64,000 nt of DNA from Octopus bimaculoides (lineage: Eukaryota). Below, in pieces: positions 62,396 to 64,000 of this stretch (the stretch's first letter is position 1; each line of letters begins with the position of its first letter). The translations under genes and the position numbers were made by a program. Where the stretch lies: the NCBI RefSeq assembly GCF_001194135.2, contig NC_068986.1, forward strand, positions 105,698,361 to 105,762,360. Direction: 5' to 3'. The notes under the pieces are model-generated. The model was not told the origin of the DNA. It saw only the letters and a list, made by a program, of their open reading frames with translations, and did no database searches.

Positions 62396-62874
62396 AGTTA
62401 AGGAATGGAGTAAATAAGATCCAGGCTACATCTTTCATAGTGAGCGGAACCTCGGAAGTGGTACATATCTAAGCGAGGTCTATACCGCAAGCTACTCTTC
62501 AGGCCAAGAGTATTTTTATTAAATGAAGTTTTACTTGGTCGTTCGGAGGCCCATGTTAACATACGGAAGATTCAATCAGAATGTGTAGAGAGCACGGTAA
62601 GATTGGAGAATATAAATGTGAAGAGGAATATTTTGTATTCTTAATACCTCTTCACATTTATATTCTCCAATCTTACCGTGCTTTCTACGCATTCTAATTG
62701 AATCCTTCCGTGTGTTAAAAATGGACCTCCGAACGACCAGGTAAAATTTCATTTAATCAAGATACGCTTGGCCTAACGAATAACCTGCAATATACACCTC
62801 GATTGACCATTTCTGAGGTTCCACTCATTTTGAAACATATGTAGCCCGGATCTTATCTATTCCATTCCTTAACT
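62396..62874. repeat. Fold-back palindrome, about 480 bp
   Basis: Inner 35 bp perfect (gcacggtaagattggagaatataaatgtgaagagg) around a 20-nt loop; outer arms end agttaaggaatgga / tccattccttaact. Confidence 0.9.
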
Positions 62875-63954
62875 CTTGTATTCTTATTCGCATACCGGCG
62901 ACAATGGTTGCCTACTGTAAAATATAAAATAATATTTTTTTTTTCAGCTTATCGTACTTCGATACGAAAAAATCCACAACCTTCCACCCCCTGTAAACCA
63001 CCATTGTTCCTGAAAGCTATTTTTTTAATATTTACTACGGACTGCTTGAAGCTAACTTTCTTCCTACACCACGATCCTTGGATCTTTTATGTATCACTTT
63101 TTAAATACGCCTCTACAGATTCTCTATAGAAACTAGAGTAATTATTGAAGAGTTACGTTTCGTATACGTCTTTGTAAATAACGCGATTGACGATAGAAAA
63201 TAGGTTAAGGGCCTCTACGCATATTTCATCAATTATTGCTCCTTCCTTAGCAACACATCCAACTCAAGTTATGTCTAAGTTAATAGCACCAACTAACAGA
63301 ATCTGTTGAGTCATTTTAAGTCAAGTCTTGTGGCATCATGGCTCATTCAAGTAGGGAGTTATTGCTTACTGTGATTTGTCTGGTATCGTTGGAAGAAATT
63401 CGTTAAGATATCATTTGAAGGTGAATGTTTTTCTTTTTTTATTTGTTTGGGAATAACGTCCTACAGTATTCAAAATAGAGCCGGACATATTGTTGAAAAG
63501 TAAACTGTGTTCCAATGTAGTTAAGTGTTGTAAACCTCATTTGTGTATTTTGGTGGTGGGGGAGCGTATGGCCCAAGGTTCCAGCATTGGGTGAATTATG
63601 AATTAGGTGTACATATAAATTATTTTGATTCTTTTGTGAGCAAACTTGTAAGAAAGATAAGCTATCAGGTTTTGATAAACGAAATGACAAGGAAACAAGT
63701 CTAAGCACGAAAATAGTCAAAATGATTAGCTATTCAACACTTGATCTCAATACGAATTGGAATGACAAAAACTTTTATATTTAGGGTGTATATAAATGAA
63801 ACAGCGTTAACTCTGAGTAAATAGAATGATTCGTTTGAGTCAAAAATATGACATTCAACAACCAGTTCAAATTCAAACTTTGAGGTTAATATACCAGTCT
63901 ATTTATTTTTATATATAATCTACTTATTAACCCATAAATAACAAACCACACACA

Positions 63955-64000
<46 letters not shown>

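Overview
AT-rich, repeat-dense animal genomic scaffold with 14 N-gaps. The SINE families and microsatellite load suggest an octopod cephalopod (inference). One protein-coding gene is supported: a UNC93A-like MFS-fold membrane protein on the minus strand, with six coding exons between 1545 and 13985. I traced these by hand with GT-AG junctions and matching phases; exon 5 runs into the 2520-3010 gap, and exons 4 and 6 are absent from the ORF track. The rest is transposable elements and simple repeats: several tRNA-headed SINE families that swap modules, RTE and other LINE remnants, a mariner, a full-length Tigger, a DD36E Tc1, MITEs and long fold-back palindromes. The most notable signal is a set of minimal type I hammerhead ribozyme (HHR) motifs of the Penelope-associated kind. 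They include a tRNA-headed SINE-like element carrying an intact-looking hammerhead on the sense strand of a UNC93A intron. Coordinates of degenerate repeats are approximate; no database searches or folding programs were run.
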